In this document: positions 36,301-45,093 of the stretch, piece after piece
How positions within the stretch are numbered: position 1 is the first letter of the stretch
Layout of the letters: the number at the start of each line of letters is the position of its first letter
Assembly (NCBI GenBank): GCA_963674695.2
Contig: CAXXGI010000002.1
Span: 64,001-128,000 of the forward strand
DNA: 64,000 bases
Reading direction: 5' to 3'
DNA from: a bacterium
GTDB lineage: Bacteria > UBA10199 > 2-02-FULL-44-16 > JAAZCA01
Position numbers and translations under genes: made by a program
The notes under the pieces: generated by a model
Databases searched by the model: none
Seen by the model: the letters and a program-made list of their open reading frames with translations, nothing else
Told to the model about the DNA's origin: nothing

Positions 36301-36764
36301 GATTTGCCATCCGCATCCGCTAGGGCGGCGTTCTGCACGAGGAGCCGGAAGGTCTCCGAGCCGCGCAGGGCATCTGCCAGGCGGAAGAGGATGTCGAGAT
36401 ATCGTGCATGAATCTCTGGATGGCGATCGATCAGGTCGAGGATATTGGCCGCATCGATGCCGAGGGAGAGGATCTTCTCGCGCGCCTGCTGCAGCAGCCC
36501 CCGAACCTCCTCCTCCGAGAGCATGACGCAATCCTTCTCTGAAATGGAGAAACAGATCGTCGTTTGCCTTCCTTCGAGCGCATAGTCGACGATCTTCTCG
36601 ATCTCGTCGAGTCCTTCGGAGAGGGCCTTCATATCGCCGGTGAAGGGCTGCCGCATCGCACGGACGCGCGGATTGGTCAGGCGTGCCCCGCCATCCTTCG
36701 CATCGACCGTTTTCGTCGATGCGGCGAACGGAATCGGCCCGGCGATGTGGTCGGTATCGGACAT
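33384..36764 (-). CDS. Large multidomain protein with a vWA domain and a possible JAB-like C-terminus
   Basis: MIDAS-like LLVDITESM...ETT...IILTD; C-terminal SYHTD...YPSPHDM. Confidence 0.7.
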   Translation of the reverse strand: MSDTDHIAGPIPFAASTKTVDAKDGGARLTNPRVRAMRQPFTGDMKALSEGLDEIEKIVDYALEGRQTTICFSISEKDCVMLSEEEVRGLLQQAREKILSLGIDAANILDLIDRHPEIHARYLDILFRLADALRGSETFRLLVQNAALADADGKSAWVFNPDRYDAIRSRSKSECSPIPMGRNSLDDAQTVYEQLIDTLGEKGNGCFATLPGCETIQKLPYDLDVSVERYTRYDDNAKIIVEEPQKSQWESVTVDAFCGITRVETKELSREDGLFQGELNFPICAYPIALHWRAKPSAGWCREGVGSSILPPNEEADRTPPMARRQRHRDKTAALVNNLLDGLKLPKPAEHYEIALLVDITESMTELLDGFIAYAPDIIRQARAQAVDGNVSIRIWSYADGKTEHHVTISGTGSEKEQTRAFIKAMKQIIRLNGKKQETTWSAMKDVLKRDVLSTAKDVAKAMIILTDDYADASKVCDPLNVAHLAREKGVRLVMSGPLKRALVHTERFLDLLDDSSIAVGLCAKEGAEENCHIDSNRLKELLKQAPDVARVELIKALIFNNKHSDYWSSAEKSLEILKLAVASVQFESSLWSLLQFAIGDVDSTTSEIGGQEELRENHLLSLIVPRLNRDHRLDTALLLIEKELRTTLRDGEEAALKEIVSTLSPDEKRAAAMVAITYGRWSHSIFNHTYDLIFEPFRGTELERMRQGLFVLQSMGNWPSAEQVLRIEDESIRLFITERFLRAKIPKRKRYRSKAKIGYVPEIGRVVFHKAENRIFYYDLSHRKAVQYHLDAILPTLSPEAFAAIPQRLFKGYRVDRVRFSGADKVFDIPTREEMVKCIKAIEHEHDVFTGQERMSNVSEQDVSTAEKAQPIVAGIGPQASPPKTVRFMMERKSYKPLVANMENETHYWSDRTFEQGVKDLFMCTETQLTEEAFFYAKGVGLDERPLNRWIEVGIYETPNNVTTFMKSENLRSMLSEFRSINSLGYLSYHTDISRDIGTTEYPSPHDMVTWLMLKSAYDASDLPPIDRTFGAIVTPVGAYVAMIDDERNSAGTCDDKLQSIVHDTFFQFTQENHPALVGIDPYDLRSKGKAFAEAMTRALPPMTMSFIPSNEWLADEPSTLKKTD

Positions 36765-36775
36765 AGACAAGAGAA

Positions 36776-36783
36776 TTATCGGC
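36776..36783 (-). promoter_or_regulatory. Sigma-28-like -10 element
   Basis: GCCGATAA on the minus strand just upstream of ATG 36764; -35 weak. Confidence 0.4.
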
Positions 36784-36871
36784 AGATTTTGCGAAATGGT
36801 GTGTGTGGATTATCGAGATACGGGCAATTCTGAAGACAAGTGTCTGGAAGTCGGCCGATGAGAAATGTCAT

Positions 36872-38038
36872 TCAATAGAACAAACGCTTTGTGCGTTCTG
36901 CGAGCATCCTCTTCGGCGTCTGGGCCATCTGTTTTAAATCGTCGAGCGTGAGCGTGGCGATCTGTTCGCGAAAGTGTGCGGAGCCGGTCAGCAGGTCGAT
37001 GGCGGGTTTGTCCGTGACGAACTCATATGGATGTTCATTCCACACAAACCCCGCATCGCCGTACATCTTGCGCACCAGCCAGATGAAGGCGAGCCCCGTC
37101 AGATAGGGGCGAAAGGCGTGTGCGTCGCTCACGACCCAACGAAACCCATGACAGACGTGCGCGGCCCACTTGCGGCTCGTCGGGATGAACGATGTGGGCG
37201 CGGCGTGAACGCCGGGGAGCGCGAGCGCCTCGAAGGCGTCGAACAGATCGTCCGTGTCGATGAAGGGGGCGCCGACGATATCGAAGGGCGTGTCGGTTCC
37301 GCGCCCCTCCGAGAGGTTCGTTCCCTCCAAGAGGCACATTCCCGGATAGAGGAGTGCGGCGTTATAGGAGCGCATGTTCGGCGATGGATTGACCCAGGCA
37401 AGCCCCGTGTCCGGCCAGTTCATCGATCGCGTCCACCCCTCCATCGGGACGACGGTGAGGTCACCGCCGATTTTCTCCCGATCGTTCATCCACTGAACGA
37501 TCTCTCCGATCGTCAGGCCGTGGCGGACGGGGATTGAGTGGAGTCCGACGAACGATTCGAACTCCGCCTCGATCGGGCCCCCCTCGACGATCTCCCCGCC
37601 GAGCGGATTGGGTCGGTCGCAGAGGACGATGGGTTTTCCCGCGCGCGCGCAGGCCTTCAAGCAGAGTACGGCGGTCCAAACATAAGTGTAATAGCGGCTG
37701 CCGATGTCCTGCAGGTCGATGACGAGCGCGTCGATCCCCTCGAGCATCTCGGGTGTGGGTGTGAGCGATTCGAATGTCGGTCCATAGAGACTGAAGATGG
37801 GCAGACCGCTTTTGGGATCCCGTCCCCCATCCACCGGCTCCATGTCCTGTGCGTGGCCCTCGATGCCGTGTTCGGGTCCGAAGAGGGCTGCGACAATGAT
37901 CTCCGCGTCGGCCTGCATGCGCGCGATCACCGGCGTGCCGTCGGCCGTCCGGCTGGCGGCATGGACGAGCAGGCCCAGGCGTTTGCCCACGATCCGCGCG
38001 CGCTCCTCCTGCAACAAAATGTCGATCCCCATCCGCAT
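36872..38038 (-). CDS. namZ: Exo-beta-N-acetylmuramidase NamZ family (DUF1343)
   Basis: LFGPEHG, SLYG, DLQDIGSRYYTY, DRPNPLGG, RHGLTIGE, PSPNM, SEGRGT. Confidence 0.9.
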   Translation of the reverse strand: MRMGIDILLQEERARIVGKRLGLLVHAASRTADGTPVIARMQADAEIIVAALFGPEHGIEGHAQDMEPVDGGRDPKSGLPIFSLYGPTFESLTPTPEMLEGIDALVIDLQDIGSRYYTYVWTAVLCLKACARAGKPIVLCDRPNPLGGEIVEGGPIEAEFESFVGLHSIPVRHGLTIGEIVQWMNDREKIGGDLTVVPMEGWTRSMNWPDTGLAWVNPSPNMRSYNAALLYPGMCLLEGTNLSEGRGTDTPFDIVGAPFIDTDDLFDAFEALALPGVHAAPTSFIPTSRKWAAHVCHGFRWVVSDAHAFRPYLTGLAFIWLVRKMYGDAGFVWNEHPYEFVTDKPAIDLLTGSAHFREQIATLTLDDLKQMAQTPKRMLAERTKRLFY

Positions 38039-38179
38039 GATGGATCCTTCTACCAGATGGGCGCGCAAAAGACCACGATGCCTGATCGATCGCCGGGGAG
38101 GGGAAAGCTGTTTATTTATAAATATCAGCGTGTTAACTTGTGTCCACCGGGACGGGGTTCAGCCGTTTCGTCCAGAGTC

Positions 38180-38195
38180 TGGCACAAAAATTGCT
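38180..38195 (+). promoter_or_regulatory. Sigma-54 promoter
   Basis: TGGCAC-AAAAA-TTGCT, about 40 nt before ATG 38237. Confidence 0.85.
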
Positions 38196-38236
38196 ATTAA
38201 TGATGTCTGGTACACCTTCTTCGAGGGGGATGCCGT

Positions 38237-39067
38237 ATGCCGAATATCTATGAATACAGCGACTACCGTGCCTTCATCCGCGACTCCTTTGAAGAGATGA
38301 AGACGGGCGCGAAGGGGATGTCCTATCGCAAGTTTGCCGGGCTCGCGGGCATTTCGAGCGTGGGATATCTCAAGCTCGTCATCGACGGTGCGCGCAACCT
38401 GAAGAGCGAGACCGTGCGCAAGTTCATCAAGGCGCTCAAACTCAAGGGGCGCGATGCCGATTTTTTTCACCTCCTCGTGCAGCAGAATCAGGCGAGCGAT
38501 CCGGAGGAGCGCGCCGAACTCTTCGAGCGGCTCATGACGTTCAAGCGCTTTCACGACATTCACCGTATGGAGAAGGACCTCTACGATCTCTTCTCGCGCT
38601 GGTATGTTCCGGCGACCTATGAGCTCGCCCTCCTGCCGAGCTTTCAGGCCGATCCGAAATGGATCGCCCGGATGCTCACGCCGCGGATCAGCGTTGCCGA
38701 GGCGCGCCACGCCCTCGAGGTGCTCGAACACCTCAAGCTCCTCGAGATCGACGCGCGGACGAAGAAGGGCAAGCGCTGCAAGGTTCGCCTGAGTACGCCT
38801 GACGAGGTGATGAGCATCGCGGTCTATGGATTTCAAAAGGAGATGCTGACGTTGGCGCATCACAATCTGCGTCATCGCACGCACGAGGAGCGCGAGATCT
38901 CGGGGCTGACCATCGGGTTGACGCAGAAACAATTCGAAACGATGCGCGATCGGATGCGCGAGTTTCGACGCAGCATCCATGCCGAGTTTTCATCGGCAGC
39001 GAAGGCCGATGCGGTCTATCAGCTCAACCTGCAACTCTTTCCCTTAAGCGAGGTGGATCATGAATAG
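38237..39067 (+). CDS. TIGR02147-family HTH protein (DUF4423-like)
   Basis: IYEYSDYRAF..SYRKFA..AG..S..YL..VIDG.RNL; WY; REISGLT; VYQLNLQLFPL. Confidence 0.88.
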   Translation: MPNIYEYSDYRAFIRDSFEEMKTGAKGMSYRKFAGLAGISSVGYLKLVIDGARNLKSETVRKFIKALKLKGRDADFFHLLVQQNQASDPEERAELFERLMTFKRFHDIHRMEKDLYDLFSRWYVPATYELALLPSFQADPKWIARMLTPRISVAEARHALEVLEHLKLLEIDARTKKGKRCKVRLSTPDEVMSIAVYGFQKEMLTLAHHNLRHRTHEEREISGLTIGLTQKQFETMRDRMREFRRSIHAEFSSAAKADAVYQLNLQLFPLSEVDHE

Positions 39068-39920
39068 AATCTTCATCATTGGAATGATGGCGGCACTGAC
39101 CCTTGCATGCGCTTGCAGCGGGCCGCAGCGCGGCATCGAGGCGGGCAATCCCGTCGGCTCCGAGGGACAGCAGCAGGTCCAATATATGAGCCAGGTCTTC
39201 GACGAGCTCTCGATCGCGTTCGACGTGGAGTGGTGTCTGGTGGGTGCGGAACAGTCCGAGACGCAGGAACGCATCCTCTTCGAGCCCTGCCCACAGACCG
39301 ATCCCGCGCAACAGGTCCTCATCGTCTTCGGCTGCACGATCGATCCGCCGACGATGCGTTCGGTCGAACAGGAAACGAGCGGTACTTATGCGTATGAGGA
39401 ACATCTCCTGATCGACGGCGTGCGCGTCTGTGCTTCGGGCACCCTCCTGGAGGATCACCTCCCCTTCACGATCATGGCCGACGGCGTTCCGGCACAAGGG
39501 AGCCAGGGCGGCGAGGATGCTGGAGAGAAGGGAAAGGCGATGGACCTTCCCGACATTCCGGATGCCGGGCGTGCGACGATGACCAATCACGTCGTCGATG
39601 TCGAAGTGGAAGGTGAGGGGGATGCTGGCGGCGGCGGCGCTCGCGAGGACGCCGAAGTCGACAGACATGAGCCTGAAGCGGTCGGAAGTCCCTCCGACGG
39701 GCATGTCGACGGACGACCTCACGGGCAGCGGCCGCAGGCGACGAGCCCTGGGGCCAGTGCCATCGGCACGCCGCAGGCCGCGGGCGAGACGACGGAGACA
39801 CCGTCGCCACAGCGTTTACAGCAATCGCCGCAGGTGCAGAGAGAGGCGAGTCCGCAACCGATGCAGCGCCAAGGGGGGGTGCGGTCGTATCGCCCGATCG
39901 GCGAGGACGACGACGATTGA
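39060..39920 (+). CDS. Hypothetical lipoprotein with a low-complexity C-terminus
   Basis: Lipobox (LAC/CAC) followed by GNP; overlaps the TIGR02147 stop. Confidence 0.7.
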   Translation: MNRIFIIGMMAALTLACACSGPQRGIEAGNPVGSEGQQQVQYMSQVFDELSIAFDVEWCLVGAEQSETQERILFEPCPQTDPAQQVLIVFGCTIDPPTMRSVEQETSGTYAYEEHLLIDGVRVCASGTLLEDHLPFTIMADGVPAQGSQGGEDAGEKGKAMDLPDIPDAGRATMTNHVVDVEVEGEGDAGGGGAREDAEVDRHEPEAVGSPSDGHVDGRPHGQRPQATSPGASAIGTPQAAGETTETPSPQRLQQSPQVQREASPQPMQRQGGVRSYRPIGEDDDD

Positions 39921-39936
39921 CGATCGATCCGCTGCG

Positions 39937-40051
39937 TTGACAAGAACGGGCGGATTGCCTACATAGTTTCAATGATTCAGGGGGATTTGTTCACAGATAT
40001 CATTGGTTGAACCACGGACGCCGGTGCGAGAAACGCCCGGCGTCCTTTTTT
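39937..40051 (+). promoter_or_regulatory. Sigma-70 promoter, short leader ORF and terminator hairpin (attenuator-like)
   Basis: TTGACA-N17-TACATA; uORF 39972-40010; GGACGCCGG...CCGGCGTCC-TTTTTT at 40016-40051 before the OPT RBS. Confidence 0.55.
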
Positions 40052-40076
40052 ATTCGCACGTCAAAAGGAGGGGAAC

Positions 40077-42107
40077 ATGGAACACACGGGTGCGTCGGGC
40101 CTACCGGCAAATGCCTACACCGAGCTCAAGTCGGGCGAGGTCTATCAGCCGATCGTCCCGGCCGATAAGCTCGTGCCGGAGATCACCGTTCGTTCGGTGG
40201 TCATCGGCATCATCATGGCGATTCTCTTCTCCGGTGCGGCGGCCTTTCTGGGGCTCAAAATCGCACAGGTTTTCGAGGCGGCCATTCCCATCGCGATCTT
40301 GGCCGTGGGGCTGGGCGGCATCTTTCGCCGCAAGTCGACCATCCTGGAGAACGTCATCATCCAGTCGATCGGCGCGGCCTCCGGGCTCGTGGTGGCCGGA
40401 GCCATCTTCACCCTGCCGGCGCTCTTCATCCTGGAGCTCGACCAGCATGTGAACATCTTCCAGCTCTTCGTCGCGTCGGTCTTGGGCGGCGTGATCGGCG
40501 TGCTCTTTCTCGTGCCGCTGCGGCGCTACTTCGTCTCCGACATGCACGGCAAGCTCCCCTTTCCCGAGGCGACGGCGACCACCGAGGTGCTCGTGGCCGG
40601 TGCCAAGGGTGGCGATCAGGCCAAGATCTTAGCGGTGGCCGCAGTGATCGGCGGTGTCTACGACTTCCTCTCGATCGCCCTGCGCGCCTGGGCCGAGGAG
40701 TTCTCCACCAGCATGGTCTCCCTCTTTGCGCCACTGACGAACAAGGTCAAGGCGGTGCTCTCCATCAATACGGGCGCGGCCGTTATGGGCCTGGGCTACA
40801 TCGTGGGTCTGCGGTACGCGATGATCATCGCCTGCGGTTCCTTCCTCTCCTGGTTCGTCTTCATTCCGCTCTTCAATCACCTGGGCGGGTTCATCGAGAT
40901 CGTCATTGCCCCGGCCGAGGGGGGGCTCCTCATCGAATCGATGAGCGCGCACCAGATCTTCGTGCACTATGTGCGCTACATCGGCATCGGCGCCATCTTC
41001 GCCGCAGGGCTCATCGGCATCATCAAGTCGAGCCCGATCATTTTGCAGGCGTTCACCAAGGGGTTTAAGGGTATCTTCGCTTCGCGCAAGGCGCATGAGG
41101 GCGAAGGGAAGGTCGAACGCACGCAGCGTGACATCCCGATGTCGATTGTCGTCATTGGACTCATGGCGCTGGTCGTCGTGACCTGGCTCTTCTTCCGTTA
41201 CTCGATTTTGGCGACGCAGGCGAACCCTGGCGGGATCAGCCTCATCGCTCTTCTCGTGGTCTTCGTGATTTCATTCCTCTTCACCACGGTCGCCGCGCAG
41301 GCGATCGCCATCGTCGGCATCAACCCGGTCTCGGGGATGACGCTGATGACGCTGATCATCAGTTGTCTCATTCTCGTGGCGGCGGGGCTCTCCGGTCCGT
41401 ATGGAATGATGGCGGCGCTGCTCATCGGCGGTGTGGTCTGTACCGCGCTCTCGATGGCGGGTGGGCTCATCACCGACCTCAAGGTCGGTTACTGGATCGG
41501 TTCGACGCCGTCGCGTCAGCAGTGGTGTAAGATCCTCGGCACGGTCTTCGCTGCCATTACGGTTGCAGCGGTCATCATCATGCTCAACAAGGTCTATGGC
41601 TTCGTGCCCTCGCCCGAACATCCCCGCCCGTTGCCGGCGCCGCAGGCCAACGCCATGGCGGCGGTCATCAAGGGGATCATGGCGGCCGGAACCGCGCCGT
41701 GGCTCCTCTACGGCGTGGGCGCCGTGATCGCCATCATGATGGAACTGCTGGGCATTTCGCCGCTGGCCTTTGCGCTGGGCATGTACATCCCGATCTCGCT
41801 CAACACGCCGATCCTCGTCGGTGCCTTTGTGGCGCACCTGGTGCAGAAGTCGGCGAAGGGGAACGAAGGTCTGGCCAACGCCCGTCGCGAACGCGGCACG
41901 CTCATCGCCTCGGGCTTTATCGCCGGTGGCGCGCTCATGGGCGTCTTCGGTGCGGTGCTGCGCTACATCGAGACGGAGACGGGTGCCACGCTCCTGCCCG
42001 ATTTCCACAACGAGGGCGTCTTTGGTAATTGGCTCGGGCTCGTCATGCTGGGGCTGCTCTGCCTCTACGTCTTCTGGGATGCCAAGCGGGCCAAGATAGA
42101 GGCATAG
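40077..42107 (+). CDS. Oligopeptide transporter, OPT family
   Basis: EITVRS, LENVIIQS, LPFPEATA, NPVSGMTL, TDLKVGY, PAPQANAM, GTLIASGFIAG; many TM helices. Confidence 0.93.
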   Translation: MEHTGASGLPANAYTELKSGEVYQPIVPADKLVPEITVRSVVIGIIMAILFSGAAAFLGLKIAQVFEAAIPIAILAVGLGGIFRRKSTILENVIIQSIGAASGLVVAGAIFTLPALFILELDQHVNIFQLFVASVLGGVIGVLFLVPLRRYFVSDMHGKLPFPEATATTEVLVAGAKGGDQAKILAVAAVIGGVYDFLSIALRAWAEEFSTSMVSLFAPLTNKVKAVLSINTGAAVMGLGYIVGLRYAMIIACGSFLSWFVFIPLFNHLGGFIEIVIAPAEGGLLIESMSAHQIFVHYVRYIGIGAIFAAGLIGIIKSSPIILQAFTKGFKGIFASRKAHEGEGKVERTQRDIPMSIVVIGLMALVVVTWLFFRYSILATQANPGGISLIALLVVFVISFLFTTVAAQAIAIVGINPVSGMTLMTLIISCLILVAAGLSGPYGMMAALLIGGVVCTALSMAGGLITDLKVGYWIGSTPSRQQWCKILGTVFAAITVAAVIIMLNKVYGFVPSPEHPRPLPAPQANAMAAVIKGIMAAGTAPWLLYGVGAVIAIMMELLGISPLAFALGMYIPISLNTPILVGAFVAHLVQKSAKGNEGLANARRERGTLIASGFIAGGALMGVFGAVLRYIETETGATLLPDFHNEGVFGNWLGLVMLGLLCLYVFWDAKRAKIEA

Positions 42108-42132
42108 GTCGTATCATCGTGCAATTGCACTG

Positions 42133-42171
42133 CAATCCCTCGGCGCTCAAGCGCCGGGGGATTGTTTTTTT
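42133..42171 (+). terminator. Intrinsic terminator
   Basis: CAATCCCTCGGCGC-TCAA-GCGCCGGGGGATTG then T7. Confidence 0.8.
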
Positions 42172-42245
42172 CCGCCGCATCCTTGACGGCGCGTGGGGCG
42201 CTGTACTAGCGTGGGCGCTCCAATCGCAACCCAAGGAGGTTTTTC

Positions 42246-43268
42246 ATGAATGCGAATCCGATCGAATACGGGGCCTATCAAGCGGTCGTCAACTGTCTCA
42301 AGGTTCAGAAGGGTGAAAACGTCGTCATCATCACCGATCGCGGAATCGAACACCTCGGCGATGCGCTCAAAGCGCAGGCCGAGAAGGTCGGCGCCGAGGT
42401 GCAGAAGTTCGTGATGGAGGACTATGGAACCCGCCCGGCCGATGGCAAGAATCCGTTGAAGTTTCCGGAGGAGATCGGCAAGGCGATGGCGCAGGCGCAG
42501 GTGAGCTATTACATCGCCGCAGGCAAGGTCGGCGAGCTACAAAGCTTTCGCATGCCGATGATCGGCTATGTGGAGAAATACAACCTGCGCCACGGCCACA
42601 TGCCGGGGTTTACCGAAGAGATGATGAGCCAGGGGATGAGTTCGGACTATGCCGAGATCCAGCGCATCTCGAAGAAGGTCTACGATATCGTCACCAAGGC
42701 AAACGAGATCACCGTGACGACTCCGGCCGGAACGAATGTGACGGTGAAGATCGATCCGAAGTACAAATGGGTCATCTGCGACGGCAACATCCAGCCGGGT
42801 GAGTGGTCGAACCTCCCCGACGGCGAGGTCTTCACGGTGCCGACCGACGCCAACGGCAAGGTCGTCGTCGACGGATGTCTGGGCGATTATTTTACCGAAA
42901 AGTATGGTGACCTGGAGAAGACGCCGGTTTCGTACGAACTGAAGAATGGGCGCGCGATCAAGGAGAGCGTTGCTTGTTCGAACGACGAGCTCAAAGAGGA
43001 TTTTTTTGGATATACCTTCGATACCGATGAAAACTCCAACCGCGTCGGCGAATTTGCGATCGGGACGAACATCGGGTTGACCAAGCTCATCGGAAACCTC
43101 CTGCAGGACGAGAAGTTTCCGGGCATCCACATCGCCCTGGGCGATTGCTATCCGAACAAGACCGGCGGCGAATGGTCGAGCAAGGCGCACAACGATGGCG
43201 TGATGCGCAACCCGACGATCGTTGTCGATGGCACCACGATCATGGAGAGCGGAAAGTTTCTCGTCTGA
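42246..43268 (+). CDS. Aminopeptidase, M29-like
   Basis: NLPDGEVF, GEFAIGTN, DEKFPGIHIALG, H.D motif. Confidence 0.85.
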   Translation: MNANPIEYGAYQAVVNCLKVQKGENVVIITDRGIEHLGDALKAQAEKVGAEVQKFVMEDYGTRPADGKNPLKFPEEIGKAMAQAQVSYYIAAGKVGELQSFRMPMIGYVEKYNLRHGHMPGFTEEMMSQGMSSDYAEIQRISKKVYDIVTKANEITVTTPAGTNVTVKIDPKYKWVICDGNIQPGEWSNLPDGEVFTVPTDANGKVVVDGCLGDYFTEKYGDLEKTPVSYELKNGRAIKESVACSNDELKEDFFGYTFDTDENSNRVGEFAIGTNIGLTKLIGNLLQDEKFPGIHIALGDCYPNKTGGEWSSKAHNDGVMRNPTIVVDGTTIMESGKFLV

Positions 43269-43284
43269 TTGCAGATGAATACCG

Positions 43285-43313
43285 AGGCCCCGCTCGATGG
43301 CGGGGCCTTTTTT
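43285..43313 (+). terminator. Intrinsic terminator
   Basis: AGGCCCCGC-TCGATG-GCGGGGCCT then a T-run. Confidence 0.75.
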
Positions 43314-43359
43314 CTGGCGCCCCTCCTTTGTATGGAGGGGGAGCATTTAGGAGCCCCTT

Positions 43360-44619
43360 ATGCCAAACCGCGAGACGCTTCTCGATCGTTTCATCCGTTA
43401 TGCCAAGATCGACACCCAGTCGCAGGATGGATCCGATACCTACCCTTCGACGGAGAAGCAGAAGGATCTGTTGCGCATCCTCGTGGAGGAGCTCAAGGCC
43501 GTGGGATGCGCCGATGCCGCAATGGATGACCACGGCTATGTGATGGCGACGTATCCCTCCAACATCCCGGCGGATCACCCCGCGCACGGCAAGGTGCCGA
43601 TGATCGGCCTGCTCGCGCATGTGGATACCTATCACGAGGTCTCGGGCAAGGACGTCAAACCGATCGTGCATGAAAACTACGATGGCGGCGATATCGTCCT
43701 GCCGGGGGATGCGAGCATCGTCATCACGGTTGAGGATGAGCCGGAGTTGAAAGCGCTCACGGGCAAGACGATCATCACCTCCGACGGGACCACCCTCCTG
43801 GGCGCGGATGACAAGGCGGGCATCGCCGAAATCATGGAGGCGCTCTGGCAATTGAAGGAGGATCCAAAGCGTCTGCACGGCGCAATCCGCATCGGGTTTA
43901 CGCCGGACGAGGAGATCGGCTGCGGGACGAAGTTCTTCGACGTCGAGAAGTTTGGGGCGAAGTATGCCTACACGCTCGATGGCTCCGGCCTGGGCGAGAT
44001 CGAGGACGAGAACTTCTGTGCCGATTTCGCGGTGGCCACCGTCACGGGCGCGGATGTGCATCCGGGGTACGCCAAGGACAAGATGATCAACGCGGTGCGC
44101 GCGGCGAGCCGCTTTCTCATGGAGTTGCCGCAGGATCGCACGCCCGAGACGACCGAGGGCCGCGAGGGCTTTCTGCATCCGCTTGGCATGACGGGCAACG
44201 TGTCTGAAACCAAGGTCAACTTCCTCGTGCGTGATTTCACCAACGAGGGACTCGCCGAACTCGGGGAGATATTGCGCGCGACCGCCGCACGCGTCGAGGG
44301 GATGTATCCGGGCGCCAAGATCGATGTGGCGATCAATGAGTCCTATCGCAACATGAAATACAAGCTGGGCGATGCCCCCTTCGTCGTCGAATATGCCGAG
44401 GAGGCGATTCGTCGCGCAGGGCTCGAGATCAAGAAAGCCGCGATTCGCGGCGGCACCGACGGTGCGCGCCTCTCCTTCATGGGGGTGCTCACGCCGAATC
44501 TCTTCGACGGCAGCATGAGCTTTCACTCGAAGAAGGAATGGGTGCCGCTCGAATGGATGGAGAAGGCGGTTGAAACCATACTCAATCTGATGGAGATCTG
44601 GGTGGAAAAGAGTTCTTAG
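43360..44619 (+). CDS. pepT: Peptidase T (tripeptidase)
   Basis: RFIRYAKIDTQS, AHVDT, DGTTLLGADDKAG, FTPDEEIG, HPGYAK, IRGGTDG. Confidence 0.95.
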   Translation: MPNRETLLDRFIRYAKIDTQSQDGSDTYPSTEKQKDLLRILVEELKAVGCADAAMDDHGYVMATYPSNIPADHPAHGKVPMIGLLAHVDTYHEVSGKDVKPIVHENYDGGDIVLPGDASIVITVEDEPELKALTGKTIITSDGTTLLGADDKAGIAEIMEALWQLKEDPKRLHGAIRIGFTPDEEIGCGTKFFDVEKFGAKYAYTLDGSGLGEIEDENFCADFAVATVTGADVHPGYAKDKMINAVRAASRFLMELPQDRTPETTEGREGFLHPLGMTGNVSETKVNFLVRDFTNEGLAELGEILRATAARVEGMYPGAKIDVAINESYRNMKYKLGDAPFVVEYAEEAIRRAGLEIKKAAIRGGTDGARLSFMGVLTPNLFDGSMSFHSKKEWVPLEWMEKAVETILNLMEIWVEKSS

Positions 44620-44702
44620 CCCGTTCGCCATGTGTATGTATTGTCATCCCCGAGGGTGTAATCGGGGATCCCGATTGAATGAAAATCACAAAGGAGAAGA
44701 CC

Positions 44703-45092
44703 ATGACACTCAAGATGATCTTTACCGAGAAAGCCCCCGCAGCGGTCGGTCCCTATGCCCAAGCCGTGCGTGCGGGAAACATGCTCTTCTGCTCCGGCCA
44801 GATTCCGATCGATCCGGCCACGGGCGAGCTCAAGACATTCGAGGGCGATGCGGCCGCACAGGCAAAACTCGTCCTGGAAAACCTGAAGCACGTGCTTGCC
44901 GCCGAGGGGCTCACCTTCAACGACGTCGCCAAGACGACGATCTTTCTCTCCAACATGGAAAACTTTGGAAAGGTGAACGAGGTCTATGCCTCCTACTTCA
45001 CCGAGTACAAGCCCGCGCGCGCCTGCGTTGCGGTCAAGACGTTGCCCAAGAATGTCGATGTCGAGATCGAAGCGATCGCGTTGTGTGGTTGA
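44703..45092 (+). CDS. ridA: RidA-family enamine/imine deaminase
   Basis: APAAVGPYAQA, SGQIP, NEVY..YF, PARACV, LPK.V.VEIEAIA. Confidence 0.92.
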   Translation: MTLKMIFTEKAPAAVGPYAQAVRAGNMLFCSGQIPIDPATGELKTFEGDAAAQAKLVLENLKHVLAAEGLTFNDVAKTTIFLSNMENFGKVNEVYASYFTEYKPARACVAVKTLPKNVDVEIEAIALCG

Positions 45093-45093
45093 T

